From assembly GCA_964630515.1 (NCBI GenBank), contig CAZVVP010000002.1, forward strand, positions 12,302-76,301: a stretch of DNA of 64,000 bases. Direction: 5' to 3'. Below, one piece after another: positions 45,456 to 55,367 of this stretch. The position numbers and the translations under genes were made by a program. Numbering within the stretch: the first letter of the stretch is position 1; every line of letters begins with the position of its first letter. Origin of the DNA: an uncultured Christensenella sp. (GTDB lineage Bacteria > Bacillota > Clostridia > Christensenellales > UBA1242). The notes beneath the pieces were generated by a model, which ran no database searches, was not told where the DNA came from, and worked only from the letters and a program-made list of their open reading frames with translations.

Positions 45456-46415
45456 ATGAAAAAAAGAGTAATGTCGGGTGCGTTAATCTTTGTAATAATG
45501 GCACTTACTATTGCATCTAGACTTATTTCACCATTTATATTTGATGCAGTAATAATTATTGTTGGTATAGCTGGTACACTAGAAGTGGTTAGAGCAAATA
45601 CTAAAGGAAAAAAGCCAATTAACGAAACTTTAGCTACATCAATGATTTTTACAATGTATATTTGTATGGTTCATGCATTGGTTAATGGGCTAGCACTAGT
45701 ATATTTGTTAATATATTTTGGCTGTATTATCGTTTTGTATTTTCTATTAAGTGTACTTTGTAGTTGTCTTAATAAAGATGCTACAAATACAGAAATGTTA
45801 AAGAATGGATATGTAATTTCATTCAAAAAATATGTTATAACTAAGGCTTTTAGAACTGTGGGTGTTGTACTTTATCCAACACTATTGTTCGCGTTAATGA
45901 TAATACTTAATCAATTTGATAGTTTTTATGTTCTAACCTTGACAGAGGAAAGTACTATACTTTCAGTTTCAGTGTTTGTAGACTTTGCAATTATTGCAAC
46001 TTTTGTATGTGCTACATTTACAGATACTTTTGCAATGTTAATTGGCTCAAAAATCAAAGGGCCTAAGCTTTGTCCAAAGATAAGTCCTAATAAGACTGTT
46101 AGTGGGGCGATTGCAGGTTGGTTGTTTGGTGCTATTGGAGTTATGGGCGTGTATATGCTTTATTCTTTCAACACTGAATTCGTTACACTAATTAACACTT
46201 TCAATATTACATGGTGGCCAATAATTATTCTTGCATTCTTTGCACCAATCTTTACTCAAATTGGTGATATTGTAGCAAGTGCAATTAAGAGAAAAAATAA
46301 TATTAAAGATTATAGCAACTTAATTCCTGGACATGGCGGAATTATGGATAGAGTTGACGGCTTGATATTTGCCAATGTAGTAACATTTATCATAACAATA
46401 GTAGTATGCTTATAA
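45456..46415 (+). CDS. cdsA: Phosphatidate cytidylyltransferase
   Basis: Polytopic membrane protein with the C-terminal signature SAIKRKNNIKDYSNLIPGHGGIMDRVDGL. Confidence 0.9.
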   Translation: MKKRVMSGALIFVIMALTIASRLISPFIFDAVIIIVGIAGTLEVVRANTKGKKPINETLATSMIFTMYICMVHALVNGLALVYLLIYFGCIIVLYFLLSVLCSCLNKDATNTEMLKNGYVISFKKYVITKAFRTVGVVLYPTLLFALMIILNQFDSFYVLTLTEESTILSVSVFVDFAIIATFVCATFTDTFAMLIGSKIKGPKLCPKISPNKTVSGAIAGWLFGAIGVMGVYMLYSFNTEFVTLINTFNITWWPIIILAFFAPIFTQIGDIVASAIKRKNNIKDYSNLIPGHGGIMDRVDGLIFANVVTFIITIVVCL

Positions 46416-46470
46416 TACAAAAATAATTAAAAATAGGCATTATATAACAAATTGAATAGTATCATAAAGT

Positions 46471-46502
46471 AATAAGCCGTTCTTAACAGCTTATTATTTG
46501 TT
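46471..46502 (+). terminator. Weak hairpin / possible terminator after cdsA
   Basis: AATAAGC / GCTTATT 7-bp stem, 11-nt loop, followed by ATTTGTTT. Confidence 0.3.
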
Positions 46503-46514
46503 TGGAGAAGAGTA

Positions 46515-47606
46515 ATGTTGAATTTATTAGGTAGTTTTGCAAGTATTATGTCTGTAGTTTTTAGTGTAATTTTAGCACTATTGTTGTTTGCGTTACTTGT
46601 ATTTATTCATGAATTAGGACATTATGTAGCAGGTAAGCTTCTTAAATTCAAAATCAATGAATTTTCAATTGGTTTTGGTAAAGCTATATATTCCAAAAAA
46701 AGAGCAAACGGAGAACTCTTTTCTATAAGGTTAATTCCTCTTGGTGGATATTGTGCTTTTGAGGGTGAAGAGAATGAAAGCGAAGTAGAAGGCGCTTTTA
46801 ATAAACAGGCTTGGTGGAAAAGATTAATAGTACTATTTGCAGGTGTATTTTTTAATTTTGTTTCAGCTGTAATTGTAGCAATTCCACTACTTATGGTCTT
46901 AGGAAATGCAACGCCTATTATTACAGATTTTGCGGAGAATTCTCCTAATCATATTGAGTATGATATGTCGACGTTACAAGAAGGGGATATTATAAGAAAA
47001 GTTGATGGCGTTAAGCCTACTTACACTAATGGCGGAGTTGTTCTTCTATGTAGAAACAAAAAAGACACTTCCTATACATTAACAATTGAGAGAGATGAAG
47101 CTTTGCTTGAAATAGAAGTAACTAATATAGTTCTTGGTCAAGATGATGACGGAAATGATGTTTATGGACTTGGCATAGACTATGACTATGAAAAATATAA
47201 TTTCTTTCAAGCTTTAGGAATGTCAGTTCCTTTCTGTTTTGAAATGTCGTGGGATTGTATCAAGATAATTGGTAATCTGTTTATAGGACAGACAAGTTTG
47301 TCTGACTTAGGAGGTCCAGTTACGACAATAAGTACAATTGCTGGCTCAATTTCATCAGCCGGCTCAATTAATTTAGTGCTTCTAAATATGCTTCTATTAT
47401 TCCCTGTACTTGCTATAAATTTAGCTGTATTCAATTTCTTACCTTTCCCAGCATTAGATGGTGGAAGAGCGGTGTTTGTTATTATAGAAGGAATCAGAAA
47501 AAAACCAATTAATCCTAAAATAGAAAATACAATTCACAATGTAGGGCTTATCGTATTATTTGGATTTGTTATTCTGGTGGATATCTTACAAATTTTTATT
47601 TTTTAA
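46515..47606 (+). CDS. rseP: Site-2 zinc metalloprotease RseP/RasP (M50)
   Basis: HELGHYVAGKL (HExxH) in TM1. PDZ-like middle region. NFLPFPALDGGR. Confidence 0.92.
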   Translation: MLNLLGSFASIMSVVFSVILALLLFALLVFIHELGHYVAGKLLKFKINEFSIGFGKAIYSKKRANGELFSIRLIPLGGYCAFEGEENESEVEGAFNKQAWWKRLIVLFAGVFFNFVSAVIVAIPLLMVLGNATPIITDFAENSPNHIEYDMSTLQEGDIIRKVDGVKPTYTNGGVVLLCRNKKDTSYTLTIERDEALLEIEVTNIVLGQDDDGNDVYGLGIDYDYEKYNFFQALGMSVPFCFEMSWDCIKIIGNLFIGQTSLSDLGGPVTTISTIAGSISSAGSINLVLLNMLLLFPVLAINLAVFNFLPFPALDGGRAVFVIIEGIRKKPINPKIENTIHNVGLIVLFGFVILVDILQIFIF

Positions 47607-47608
47607 TT

Positions 47609-49198
47609 ATGGAAAAGTTTTTAAATTATTTATATTCTAAAGATGAAAAATACAAAAGCTTAATAATCGCAGGTGTTGAGTATTCCCTAGATGAAAACTT
47701 ATTAAGAATCAAAGTTCAATACACCTGTGATACTTTTTCTGAGCAAGATAAAGTTACTTTAGAGTATATAATCAAAGAATATTTTGATAACAAAATGCTT
47801 ATTGAGTGCAAGTTAAAGAAATATATAGTAGATTCCGATGTTATTAGAGAATATATAACTAAGTTTGTTGAGGCTGAGTATCCAAGTATATTATCCAATA
47901 GCAAAGCTTGTCAAATAGAAATAGAAGAAAGAAATTCTAATATTTATAAAATCGAAGTTCATGTAGATGTTGAAAATTTGGAATATTTAGAAGTCAACAA
48001 TTTTATCCCAAAATTGTTAGAGCATTTAAGTTTTGTTACAATAGAAGAGTTTGAAATATTTTTAGTTGAAGAAGATTCAGAAGAAAAAAATGATAGAGAT
48101 ATTTTGGCTAATAGATACAAGAGACTTAATACAAATAATCTAGGGCAACATATTGATTATACCCCAATCGAAGTTAGAGAAATACATAATGTTGTAGGAG
48201 AAATTGATGTAGATTTTGTTTATCCTATAGCTACTATTCAAGACGGTGAAAAAATTGTAATTGTAGGAATAATATCACGTTACAAAACTTCAGAATTTGA
48301 AAGTAAGTTTAAATCAAAGGATGGAAAGAGAAGACAAGGAAGAAGAGCAAGCTTTGTTTTGTCAGATGGAAGTGACAAGATTAATTGTTCATATTTCCCA
48401 AATGTTACTGATGAAGAGAAGTTAGATGAATTCCTTGATGGCGAAAAAGTTGTTGTTGTGGGGAAAGTAACAGATACTGAGGAAAGGGGAAGACTATGTA
48501 GGGTTAGACAAATCGCAAAATGTGATTTCGATATGTTTGTTAAGCCTGAACCTGTAATAGAACTGAAGAGTGTTAATGAGAATTATACTTATATTTTCCC
48601 TAAGCCGTATTGTTCAAAGACACAGTCATATCTATTTACTGAAGAGGAAAAAATAGACCAGTTTTTGATGGATAATGTTGTAGTTGTATTCGATTTAGAA
48701 ACTACTGGCTTAAATGTAAATGAGTGTGAGATTATTGAGATAGGGGCAGTTAAAATGGTAGAAGGTAAGATTGTGGAAACTTTCGATACTTTAATTAAAC
48801 CTAAGATGCCTATCCCAAAAGACGCAACTGCAGTTAATAATATAACTGATGAAATGGTGGAAAATTGTTTATATATAGAAGATGTATTTCCAGATTTCTA
48901 TAAGTTTATAGATGGAGCTGTATTAGTTGCGTATAATATTGCGTATGACTATGGTTGTCTCAAAGCTTATGGTGATAAGAATGGTTATATATTTGAAAAT
49001 AAGCAAGTTGATGCTTTAAAGCTTGCAAAGAAAGCTCTTCCAGGATATAAGAGTCACAAGTTAGGCAAGGTCGTTAAACTTCTTGGTATTAATCTTGATA
49101 ATGCTCATAGGGCATTATTTGATACAGTAGCGACTGCAGAAGTATTAAAAGTTACGCTTAATATGATTACAGAAGAAGATAAAAAACAAATTTTGTAA
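47609..49198 (+). CDS. OB-fold plus DEDDh 3'-5' exonuclease protein (PolC N-terminal/exonuclease-like, no PHP or polymerase core)
   Basis: Exo I VVVFDLETTGL, Exo II LVAYNIAYDYGCL, Exo III HRALFDTVATAEVL. The upstream segment IVIVGIISRYKTSEF...ASFVLSDGSDKINCSYFPN...EKVVVVGKV looks like the PolC OB-fold insert. No HxH PHP motif between the OB and Exo parts. Confidence 0.75.
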   Translation: MEKFLNYLYSKDEKYKSLIIAGVEYSLDENLLRIKVQYTCDTFSEQDKVTLEYIIKEYFDNKMLIECKLKKYIVDSDVIREYITKFVEAEYPSILSNSKACQIEIEERNSNIYKIEVHVDVENLEYLEVNNFIPKLLEHLSFVTIEEFEIFLVEEDSEEKNDRDILANRYKRLNTNNLGQHIDYTPIEVREIHNVVGEIDVDFVYPIATIQDGEKIVIVGIISRYKTSEFESKFKSKDGKRRQGRRASFVLSDGSDKINCSYFPNVTDEEKLDEFLDGEKVVVVGKVTDTEERGRLCRVRQIAKCDFDMFVKPEPVIELKSVNENYTYIFPKPYCSKTQSYLFTEEEKIDQFLMDNVVVVFDLETTGLNVNECEIIEIGAVKMVEGKIVETFDTLIKPKMPIPKDATAVNNITDEMVENCLYIEDVFPDFYKFIDGAVLVAYNIAYDYGCLKAYGDKNGYIFENKQVDALKLAKKALPGYKSHKLGKVVKLLGINLDNAHRALFDTVATAEVLKVTLNMITEEDKKQIL

Positions 49199-49248
49199 TA
49201 AATTATATAATTTATTTAGTCATACTGACAAAATTGTGTGCAAAAGTA

Positions 49249-49277
49249 TTGCAAATTAGATTAGAATATGTTAGAAT
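49249..49277 (+). promoter_or_regulatory. Strong candidate promoter of the rimP-nusA-infB operon
   Basis: TTGCAA (49249-49254), 17-nt spacer ending in TGt, TAGAAT (49272-49277). Confidence 0.55.
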
Positions 49278-49305
49278 ATCGTAGAGTTTAATAAGATTAG
49301 GCTAA

Positions 49306-49339
49306 AAAGTGGGTTTTCAAAAAACTCACTTTAATTTTT
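49306..49339 (+). terminator. Terminator-like hairpin in the rimP-nusA leader (candidate attenuator)
   Basis: AAAGTGGGTTTT / AAAACTCACTTT 12-bp stem (one G-U), 3-nt loop, then AATTTTT. Lies between the promoter above and the rimP RBS. Confidence 0.5.
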
Positions 49340-49356
49340 GAAAAAAGGAAATAGAA

Positions 49357-49821
49357 ATGAAAAATAGTAGTGTTCAAGAAAAGGCAGAGGCCGTAATAAG
49401 ACCAATAGTCGAAAGTTTAGGGTATGTATTAGTTGAGGTCACTTATAAGAAAGAAATTAATGGAATGACGCTTTGGGTTTGTATTGACAAAGATGGCGGA
49501 GTTGATATTAATGATTGTGAAAAGGTTTCTAAAGCATTAGATGAACCGCTAGATATTAATGACATAACCAATGGCGCATCGTACAATCTTAACGTTTCAT
49601 CTTATGGGCTTGATAGAGCATTTAAAACCGACTATGATTTTAATAAACACATTAATCAAGAAATTGTTATTAAGTTTTATAAACCTTGGAATAACAAAAA
49701 AGAGATTGTCGCAACCTTGGATAGTTTTGACAAAGATAACATCATTATAACTTATAACAACGAAAAGTATACAATATCAAAGAAAGAAACTGCATTAATT
49801 CAGAAATATATAATTTTTTAA
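49357..49821 (+). CDS. rimP: Ribosome maturation factor RimP
   Basis: 154 aa. Position directly upstream of nusA. N-terminal VESLGYVLVEV-type motif. Confidence 0.88.
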   Translation: MKNSSVQEKAEAVIRPIVESLGYVLVEVTYKKEINGMTLWVCIDKDGGVDINDCEKVSKALDEPLDINDITNGASYNLNVSSYGLDRAFKTDYDFNKHINQEIVIKFYKPWNNKKEIVATLDSFDKDNIIITYNNEKYTISKKETALIQKYIIF

Positions 49822-49833
49822 GGAGAAAAGATA

Positions 49834-50973
49834 ATGGTAAATAAGGATTTCTTTTTGGCACTAGAAGAGTTAGAGGCACAAAAAGGTATTAACAAAGAAT
49901 ATTTTATAGAGGCTTTGGAATCAGCACTTACAAGTGCATATAAGAAGAATTTTGGAGAAGGCAAAAATGCTTTAGTAAAATTAAATCCAGATAGTAATAC
50001 TATTAAGGTTTATTCTTACAAAGTGGTTGTAGAAGAAGTTACTGATCCAGACAAAGAGATGAGCTTGCAAGATGCTAAACTTATTAAGAAGTCTGCTAAG
50101 ATTGGTGATGAAATTGACAAAACGGAAGTTACTCCTAAGAACTTTGGTAGAATTGCCGCTCAAACAGCAAAGCAAGTAGTAATGCAAAGATTAAGAGAAG
50201 CTGAAAGAGTAAAAATTATGGGCGAAATCAATACTAAACAAGATGAGCTTATAACTGTGGTTGTTAGAAGAATAGAGGGAGATAATATCTATTGTGATTT
50301 AGGAATCACAGAATGTGAGGGCGTATTAAGTGCTAAAGATAGAATCCCTAATGAGAAGATCGCAATTAACTCTAGAGTAAAAGTTTATGTAAAGACAGTT
50401 AAAGAATCATTCAATATGCCATATGTGCAACTAACAAGAACAAATGTAGGTTTTGTTAGAAAACTATTTGAGCTAGAAGTTCCAGAGATTGTTAATGGCG
50501 AAGTTAATGTTCATAATATTGTAAGAGAATCTGGATATAGAACTAAGATTGCAGTTTCTAGTCCAAATCCTAATATTGATGCAGTTGGCGCTTGTGTTGG
50601 TAACAAAGGAATGAGAGTTGCTTCGATTATAGACGAATTAAAGGGTGAGAAAGTTGATATTGTTCCATATTCTGAGAATCCAGCAGAATTTATAGCAGGA
50701 GCATTAAGTCCAGCAACAATCCTTCATATAGAGTTAAATTATAATGATAAGACTTCATTGGTTATTGTTCCAGACGATAAGTTGTCTTTAGCAATTGGCA
50801 AGAGTGGTCAAAATGTAAGACTTGCGGCAAGACTTACTGGTTGGAAGATAGATGTTAAAGCAAAATCAGCTGTTCCGTCATTGAACTTTGATGATATAGA
50901 ATCAACAACTAATGAACAAAACGATGTAAGTGATTTGTTTGAGGATAATAGTGCTTTTGAAGATTTAGAATAG
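49834..50973 (+). CDS. nusA: Transcription termination/antitermination factor NusA
   Basis: S1 and two KH domains (GACVGNKGMRVASIIDEL, IGKSGQNVRLAARLTGWKIDV). RBS AAGGAGA. Confidence 0.95.
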   Translation: MVNKDFFLALEELEAQKGINKEYFIEALESALTSAYKKNFGEGKNALVKLNPDSNTIKVYSYKVVVEEVTDPDKEMSLQDAKLIKKSAKIGDEIDKTEVTPKNFGRIAAQTAKQVVMQRLREAERVKIMGEINTKQDELITVVVRRIEGDNIYCDLGITECEGVLSAKDRIPNEKIAINSRVKVYVKTVKESFNMPYVQLTRTNVGFVRKLFELEVPEIVNGEVNVHNIVRESGYRTKIAVSSPNPNIDAVGACVGNKGMRVASIIDELKGEKVDIVPYSENPAEFIAGALSPATILHIELNYNDKTSLVIVPDDKLSLAIGKSGQNVRLAARLTGWKIDVKAKSAVPSLNFDDIESTTNEQNDVSDLFEDNSAFEDLE

Positions 50974-50987
50974 AAGTAGGTAGTGTT

Positions 50988-51254
50988 TTGAAGAAAGAAG
51001 TTTTGAGAATGTGTGTAGTTTGTAGACAAATGAAGCCAAAGAATGATTTGTTAAGAGTGGTATTTACTAATGAAGACTGCACTGAGTATATTATAGATGC
51101 TAACAAAGTAAATGGCAGAGGGGCATATATTTGTAAAACTCAAGAATGTGTAAACAAATGTGTCAAGACAAAATCTTTTAATAAAATATATAAGAAAAAT
51201 CTTCCTAGTAATTTCTACGAAGATTTAAGTAAGGTAGAATTGAATGAAGGATAA
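50988..51254 (+). CDS. ylxR: YlxR/RnpM family RNA-binding protein (DUF448)
   Basis: RMCVVCRQMKPKNDLLRVV...GRGAYIC. Conserved position after nusA. The TTG start at 50988 is uncertain; an in-frame ATG lies at 51009. Confidence 0.85.
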   Translation: MKKEVLRMCVVCRQMKPKNDLLRVVFTNEDCTEYIIDANKVNGRGAYICKTQECVNKCVKTKSFNKIYKKNLPSNFYEDLSKVELNEG

Positions 51255-51549
51255 ATTGATAACCTATTTAGGTTTTGCTACAAAAAGCGGAAATGTGATT
51301 TATGGAGTTGATAATATTATCGCAAAATCCAGTAAAGTAATTGTTGCTATTTTTGATGAAAAGTTATCAAATAATAGCAAAAACAAGTTAACAAATTGTG
51401 CTTTACGAAACGATGTCAAACTTTATAAATCCAATATCAATTTAGATGATTTGTTAAATAAGACTAATTGTAAGGCTATAGGCATAACATCTAAAGATTT
51501 GGCGAAAGCCATAGTAGAATTAAATTATTTAGAAGAGGTACGAAATTGA
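51244..51549 (+). CDS. ylxQ: L7Ae-family RNA-binding protein YlxQ
   Basis: LGFATKSGNVIYG motif. 101 aa. Lies between ylxR and infB. Confidence 0.8.
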   Translation: MKDKLITYLGFATKSGNVIYGVDNIIAKSSKVIVAIFDEKLSNNSKNKLTNCALRNDVKLYKSNINLDDLLNKTNCKAIGITSKDLAKAIVELNYLEEVRN

Positions 51550-54035
51550 ATAATCAAAATATACAACAAAAAAATAATTCACAACAAATTCAATTTGAAA
51601 ATTTAAAAACTTTGCAGAGTTATTTAGCAAAAGGTGGAGATATTCAAAATTTTGCAATATCTCTTGCTAGGTCAAAAAAAGTTTTAGAGGCTTTCTGTAA
51701 ATCTTTGAAAGAGCAAGATGTTTTATTGTCTAGAAAAGAACAAGAAAAGGTGGCTACAAAAGTAGAGGAAGTTAGCAAAGAAGAAACTAAGGCTGAAGTA
51801 AAGAAGCCTATTAATGCTAACAAATCTGCAATTGATGCTAGGAAGCAAAGCAAAGAAGAGGGCTTTAGAAAGCGTGATAATGCTACTAATTTCAATAACA
51901 ATCAGCCAAGACAGTCAAGAACAGACAATCGTTTTGGGGACAAGAAGCAACCATTTAAGAAAGAGGAGAATGGTAAACCTTTTGTAAAGAATAATGTAGA
52001 TAATAAAGTTAATGGTAACAAGCCAAGAACAACTGGACTTTTACATAAGAATGATTCTGCCGATACAATTATTGTAACTAAACCAGAAAGAAACTTTGGT
52101 AATAAGAACAAAACTAAGCAGATTGATTCTGATAGGAAAGAATTATCTAAGAAAGCAAAAATTAAAATGGGCTATGTTGATATTAACAAAGACTATGATA
52201 TTGACGAAGATGATACAAGAGTTATTGGAAGGCTTAAACAAAAGAAGACTAAGAAAGAAGTTGTACAGCCTGAGCGTATGGTAATAGATAAGGCTGTTAT
52301 AACAACAGAAAATCTTACTGTCAAATTGCTTTCTGAGAAGATTGGAAAACCTGTTGCTGAATTGATTAAGAAATTTATGATGCTTGGCATGATGCCAAAT
52401 ATTAACTCAGTTGTTGACTTTGAGACCGCAGAACTTGTTGCTAATGAGTTTGGTGTTAAATTAGAGCAAAAGATTGAGAAGAATTTTGAAGAGAAGTTAG
52501 AAGAAATGTTTAATAGTCAGAATTCTACTGCATCTAATAGACCACCAATCGTAACCGTTATGGGACACGTTGACCACGGTAAAACAATGCTTCTAGACAC
52601 TATTAGGCAAACTAATGTTGTAGAGAATGAAGCAGGTGGAATTACACAACATATTGGTGCTTACTCAATAGAAGTTAATGGAAACAAGATTACTTTTATT
52701 GATACTCCGGGACACGAAGCTTTTACTTCAATGAGAGCAAGAGGTGCAAAGATTACAGACGTAGCAATCTTGGTTGTTGCTGCAGATGATGGTATTATGC
52801 CTCAGACAGTTGAAGCAATTAATCATATTAAGGCTGCTCAAGTTCCTATGATAGTAGCGATCAATAAAGTTGATAAGCCAGAGGCTAACATTGATAGGGT
52901 TAAACAACAATTAACAGAATATGACATATTGCCTGAAGAATGGGGCGGAGATACAATTTGTGTCCCAATTTCTGCTAAGTTTAATCAAAATATTGATAAG
53001 CTTCTAGAGATGGTATTGTTAGTTTCTGAAATGTCAGATTTAAGAGCAGATGAGACAGTTTCTGCTAGTGGACATATTCTAGAAAGTAAAATTGATAAAG
53101 GCAGAGGAACTGTTGCTACAATAATTGTAAAAAATGGTACTTTGCATATAGGAGACTTTGTTGTTTCTGGTGTTGCAAGTGGTAGAATTAGAGCTATGAT
53201 GGACTATACAGGAAAGAATGTCGTTAAGGCTACTCCTAGTATGGCAGTATCAGTTCTTGGATTTAGCTCAGTTCCAGAAGCTGGTGATATGGTTCATGCT
53301 GTTGATGAGAAATTAGCTAAGAACATAATAGAAGAGAGAAGTAATAAGTTACAAATTGCTAAGAGTAAACAAACTTCTGGTATCACTTTGGAAGATTTCT
53401 TGCAAAAGAATGCAGATAACGAAATCAAGGTTCTAAAGATAATAATCAAGTCTGATGTTAAAGGAAGTGCAGAAGCACTAAAACAAACATTAGAAAAAAT
53501 TGAGAATGAAGAAGTTAAAGTACAAGTTATTCATGATGCTGTCGGTGGAATTAACGAAAGTGATGTACTTTTGGCACAAGCTAGTAATGCAATAATTATT
53601 GGATTTAATGTTAGACCAGAAGCAAAAGCTAAGCAAATGGCAGAGAAAGAAAATATTGATATTAAACTGTATCGTATAATATATGATGCTGTTGATGATG
53701 TTACTGCTGCTATTAATGGTATGCTTACAGTTAAATATGAAGAGAAAGTTATTGGTCATGCTGAAATTAGACAAACCTTTAAGATTTCTAGTGTTGGTAC
53801 AATTGCAGGTTGTTATATTACAGATGGCGTAGTTAACAACAAATCCAAAGTGAGACTTCTTAGAAGTAATATCGTTATATTTGAAACTGATATTGATACT
53901 TTGCAACAAGGCAAGAACGAAGTTAAAACTATGAAGCAAGGCTATGAATGTGGTATTAAACTTAGAAACTACAATGATATCAAAGTAGGAGATATTATTG
54001 AATGTTACGAAATGCAAGAGGTTGAGAGAAAATAA
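51546..54035 (+). CDS. infB: Translation initiation factor IF-2
   Basis: GHVDHGKTMLLD, DTPGHEAF, NKVDK. TTG start with GAAGAGG upstream. Confidence 0.96.
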   Translation: MNNQNIQQKNNSQQIQFENLKTLQSYLAKGGDIQNFAISLARSKKVLEAFCKSLKEQDVLLSRKEQEKVATKVEEVSKEETKAEVKKPINANKSAIDARKQSKEEGFRKRDNATNFNNNQPRQSRTDNRFGDKKQPFKKEENGKPFVKNNVDNKVNGNKPRTTGLLHKNDSADTIIVTKPERNFGNKNKTKQIDSDRKELSKKAKIKMGYVDINKDYDIDEDDTRVIGRLKQKKTKKEVVQPERMVIDKAVITTENLTVKLLSEKIGKPVAELIKKFMMLGMMPNINSVVDFETAELVANEFGVKLEQKIEKNFEEKLEEMFNSQNSTASNRPPIVTVMGHVDHGKTMLLDTIRQTNVVENEAGGITQHIGAYSIEVNGNKITFIDTPGHEAFTSMRARGAKITDVAILVVAADDGIMPQTVEAINHIKAAQVPMIVAINKVDKPEANIDRVKQQLTEYDILPEEWGGDTICVPISAKFNQNIDKLLEMVLLVSEMSDLRADETVSASGHILESKIDKGRGTVATIIVKNGTLHIGDFVVSGVASGRIRAMMDYTGKNVVKATPSMAVSVLGFSSVPEAGDMVHAVDEKLAKNIIEERSNKLQIAKSKQTSGITLEDFLQKNADNEIKVLKIIIKSDVKGSAEALKQTLEKIENEEVKVQVIHDAVGGINESDVLLAQASNAIIIGFNVRPEAKAKQMAEKENIDIKLYRIIYDAVDDVTAAINGMLTVKYEEKVIGHAEIRQTFKISSVGTIAGCYITDGVVNNKSKVRLLRSNIVIFETDIDTLQQGKNEVKTMKQGYECGIKLRNYNDIKVGDIIECYEMQEVERK

Positions 54036-54055
54036 TTTTCTAAAAGGAAACTTTA

Positions 54056-54421
54056 ATGGGAAATAGAATATTGAAAGTAAATGCGGAAATTCAGAAATTA
54101 GTAGGTGTTATTATTAAAGAACTTAACAATCCGGTTGTTGAGAATACAATTGTATCAGTTACTGATGTTAAGACTACTGAAGATTTGGATATTAGCAAAA
54201 TTTATATAAGTGTATTTGATAAAAACAAACAAGAAGAAGTTTTGAATCAAATCAAACACTCAGCAAATTTTATAAGAAAAACTTTAGCTTCTAGACTAGA
54301 GATAAGAAAAATTCCATATTTAGAATTTTATTTAGATAATTCTATTGAATATGGTGCGAAAATTGATGCTGTAATAGACAGAATCAATGAAGAACGAAAG
54401 GATTTAGAAGATGAAAATTAG
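54056..54421 (+). CDS. rbfA: Ribosome-binding factor A
   Basis: 121 aa. Conserved position after infB. Typical VTDVKTTEDLDISKIYISV segment. Confidence 0.9.
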   Translation: MGNRILKVNAEIQKLVGVIIKELNNPVVENTIVSVTDVKTTEDLDISKIYISVFDKNKQEEVLNQIKHSANFIRKTLASRLEIRKIPYLEFYLDNSIEYGAKIDAVIDRINEERKDLEDEN

Positions 54422-55367
54422 TGAAAAAGTGTTTGAAGCATTATATAGTAGCAAAAAAGTAGCAATTTTTACGCACATGAGACCAGATGCAGACGCTTTA
54501 GGTTCATCATGTGCAATGAAAATGTATTTAGAGAAATTGGGAAAATCTGCTGATATCTATGTTGACGCAGAGGATATTTCTCTAAATTATAACTTTATCA
54601 AAGGTGTTAATAAAGTTAATACTCCGTCACTTAGAGAATATGATACTGCAATTGCTTTAGATTGTGCCGACTTTGGACGACTAGGTAAATATGGTCAGAT
54701 GTATAATAGTATTGATGTTAGGCTTAATATTGACCATCATATAACCAATGATAATTTTGGTCAAATTAATTGTGTGTTTAACACAAGTAGTACAGGGGAG
54801 ATTGTATTTACAATATTTAAAGCAATGCACGTTTCTCCCAATAAAGATATAGCTACTGCACTTTATTCCGCAGTTGCGTCTGATACAGGCTGTTTCCAAC
54901 ACGGCAATACTAATGCTCATACACACAAAGTTGCAGGTCAACTATTTAGATACAAGATAGATATTAACAAGGCGAATTATTATTTGTTTAAGAGAAGGTC
55001 TTGGGGGCAAATAATGTTACTTCAGACTGCTTTAAAAAATTTAAGACTTTATCTTGATGGCAAACTTGCTATCATGTATCTTAAAGCAAGTAATTTCAAA
55101 GAATGTGATGTTGGTACAAACGAAAGCTTTGGGTTAGTAGATTATTGCGTTAACATTGAGAAAGTTGAAGTTGGTATTCTAATCAGTGAAATTAAGCCAA
55201 ATTTGTTTGCTGTATCAATTAGAGGAAAAGGAAATGTAGATTGTTCTAAACTTGCAATGGTGTTTGGGGGCGGTGGACATCCAGATGCTGCAGGTTGCAA
55301 TATTTTTGGTACTTGCAATAGTGTAATTAATAAATTAATAAGGGCAACTAGAAAATATTTATGTTAG
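54411..55367 (+). CDS. nrnA: DHH/DHHA1 phosphoesterase, NrnA-like oligoribonuclease/pAp phosphatase
   Basis: HMRPDADALGS, NIDHHITN, GGGHPDAAG. Confidence 0.85.
   Translation: MKISEKVFEALYSSKKVAIFTHMRPDADALGSSCAMKMYLEKLGKSADIYVDAEDISLNYNFIKGVNKVNTPSLREYDTAIALDCADFGRLGKYGQMYNSIDVRLNIDHHITNDNFGQINCVFNTSSTGEIVFTIFKAMHVSPNKDIATALYSAVASDTGCFQHGNTNAHTHKVAGQLFRYKIDINKANYYLFKRRSWGQIMLLQTALKNLRLYLDGKLAIMYLKASNFKECDVGTNESFGLVDYCVNIEKVEVGILISEIKPNLFAVSIRGKGNVDCSKLAMVFGGGGHPDAAGCNIFGTCNSVINKLIRATRKYLC

Noticed and set aside
53490-54017. 175-aa minus-strand ORF, plus similar ones at 30880-31269, 36748-37092, 41326-41751 and 42561-42911.
   Set aside because: They are antisense to confidently identified genes (infB, the membrane protein, plsX, smc, ftsY). 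The translations are Ile/Asn/Phe-rich junk-like sequence with no motifs.
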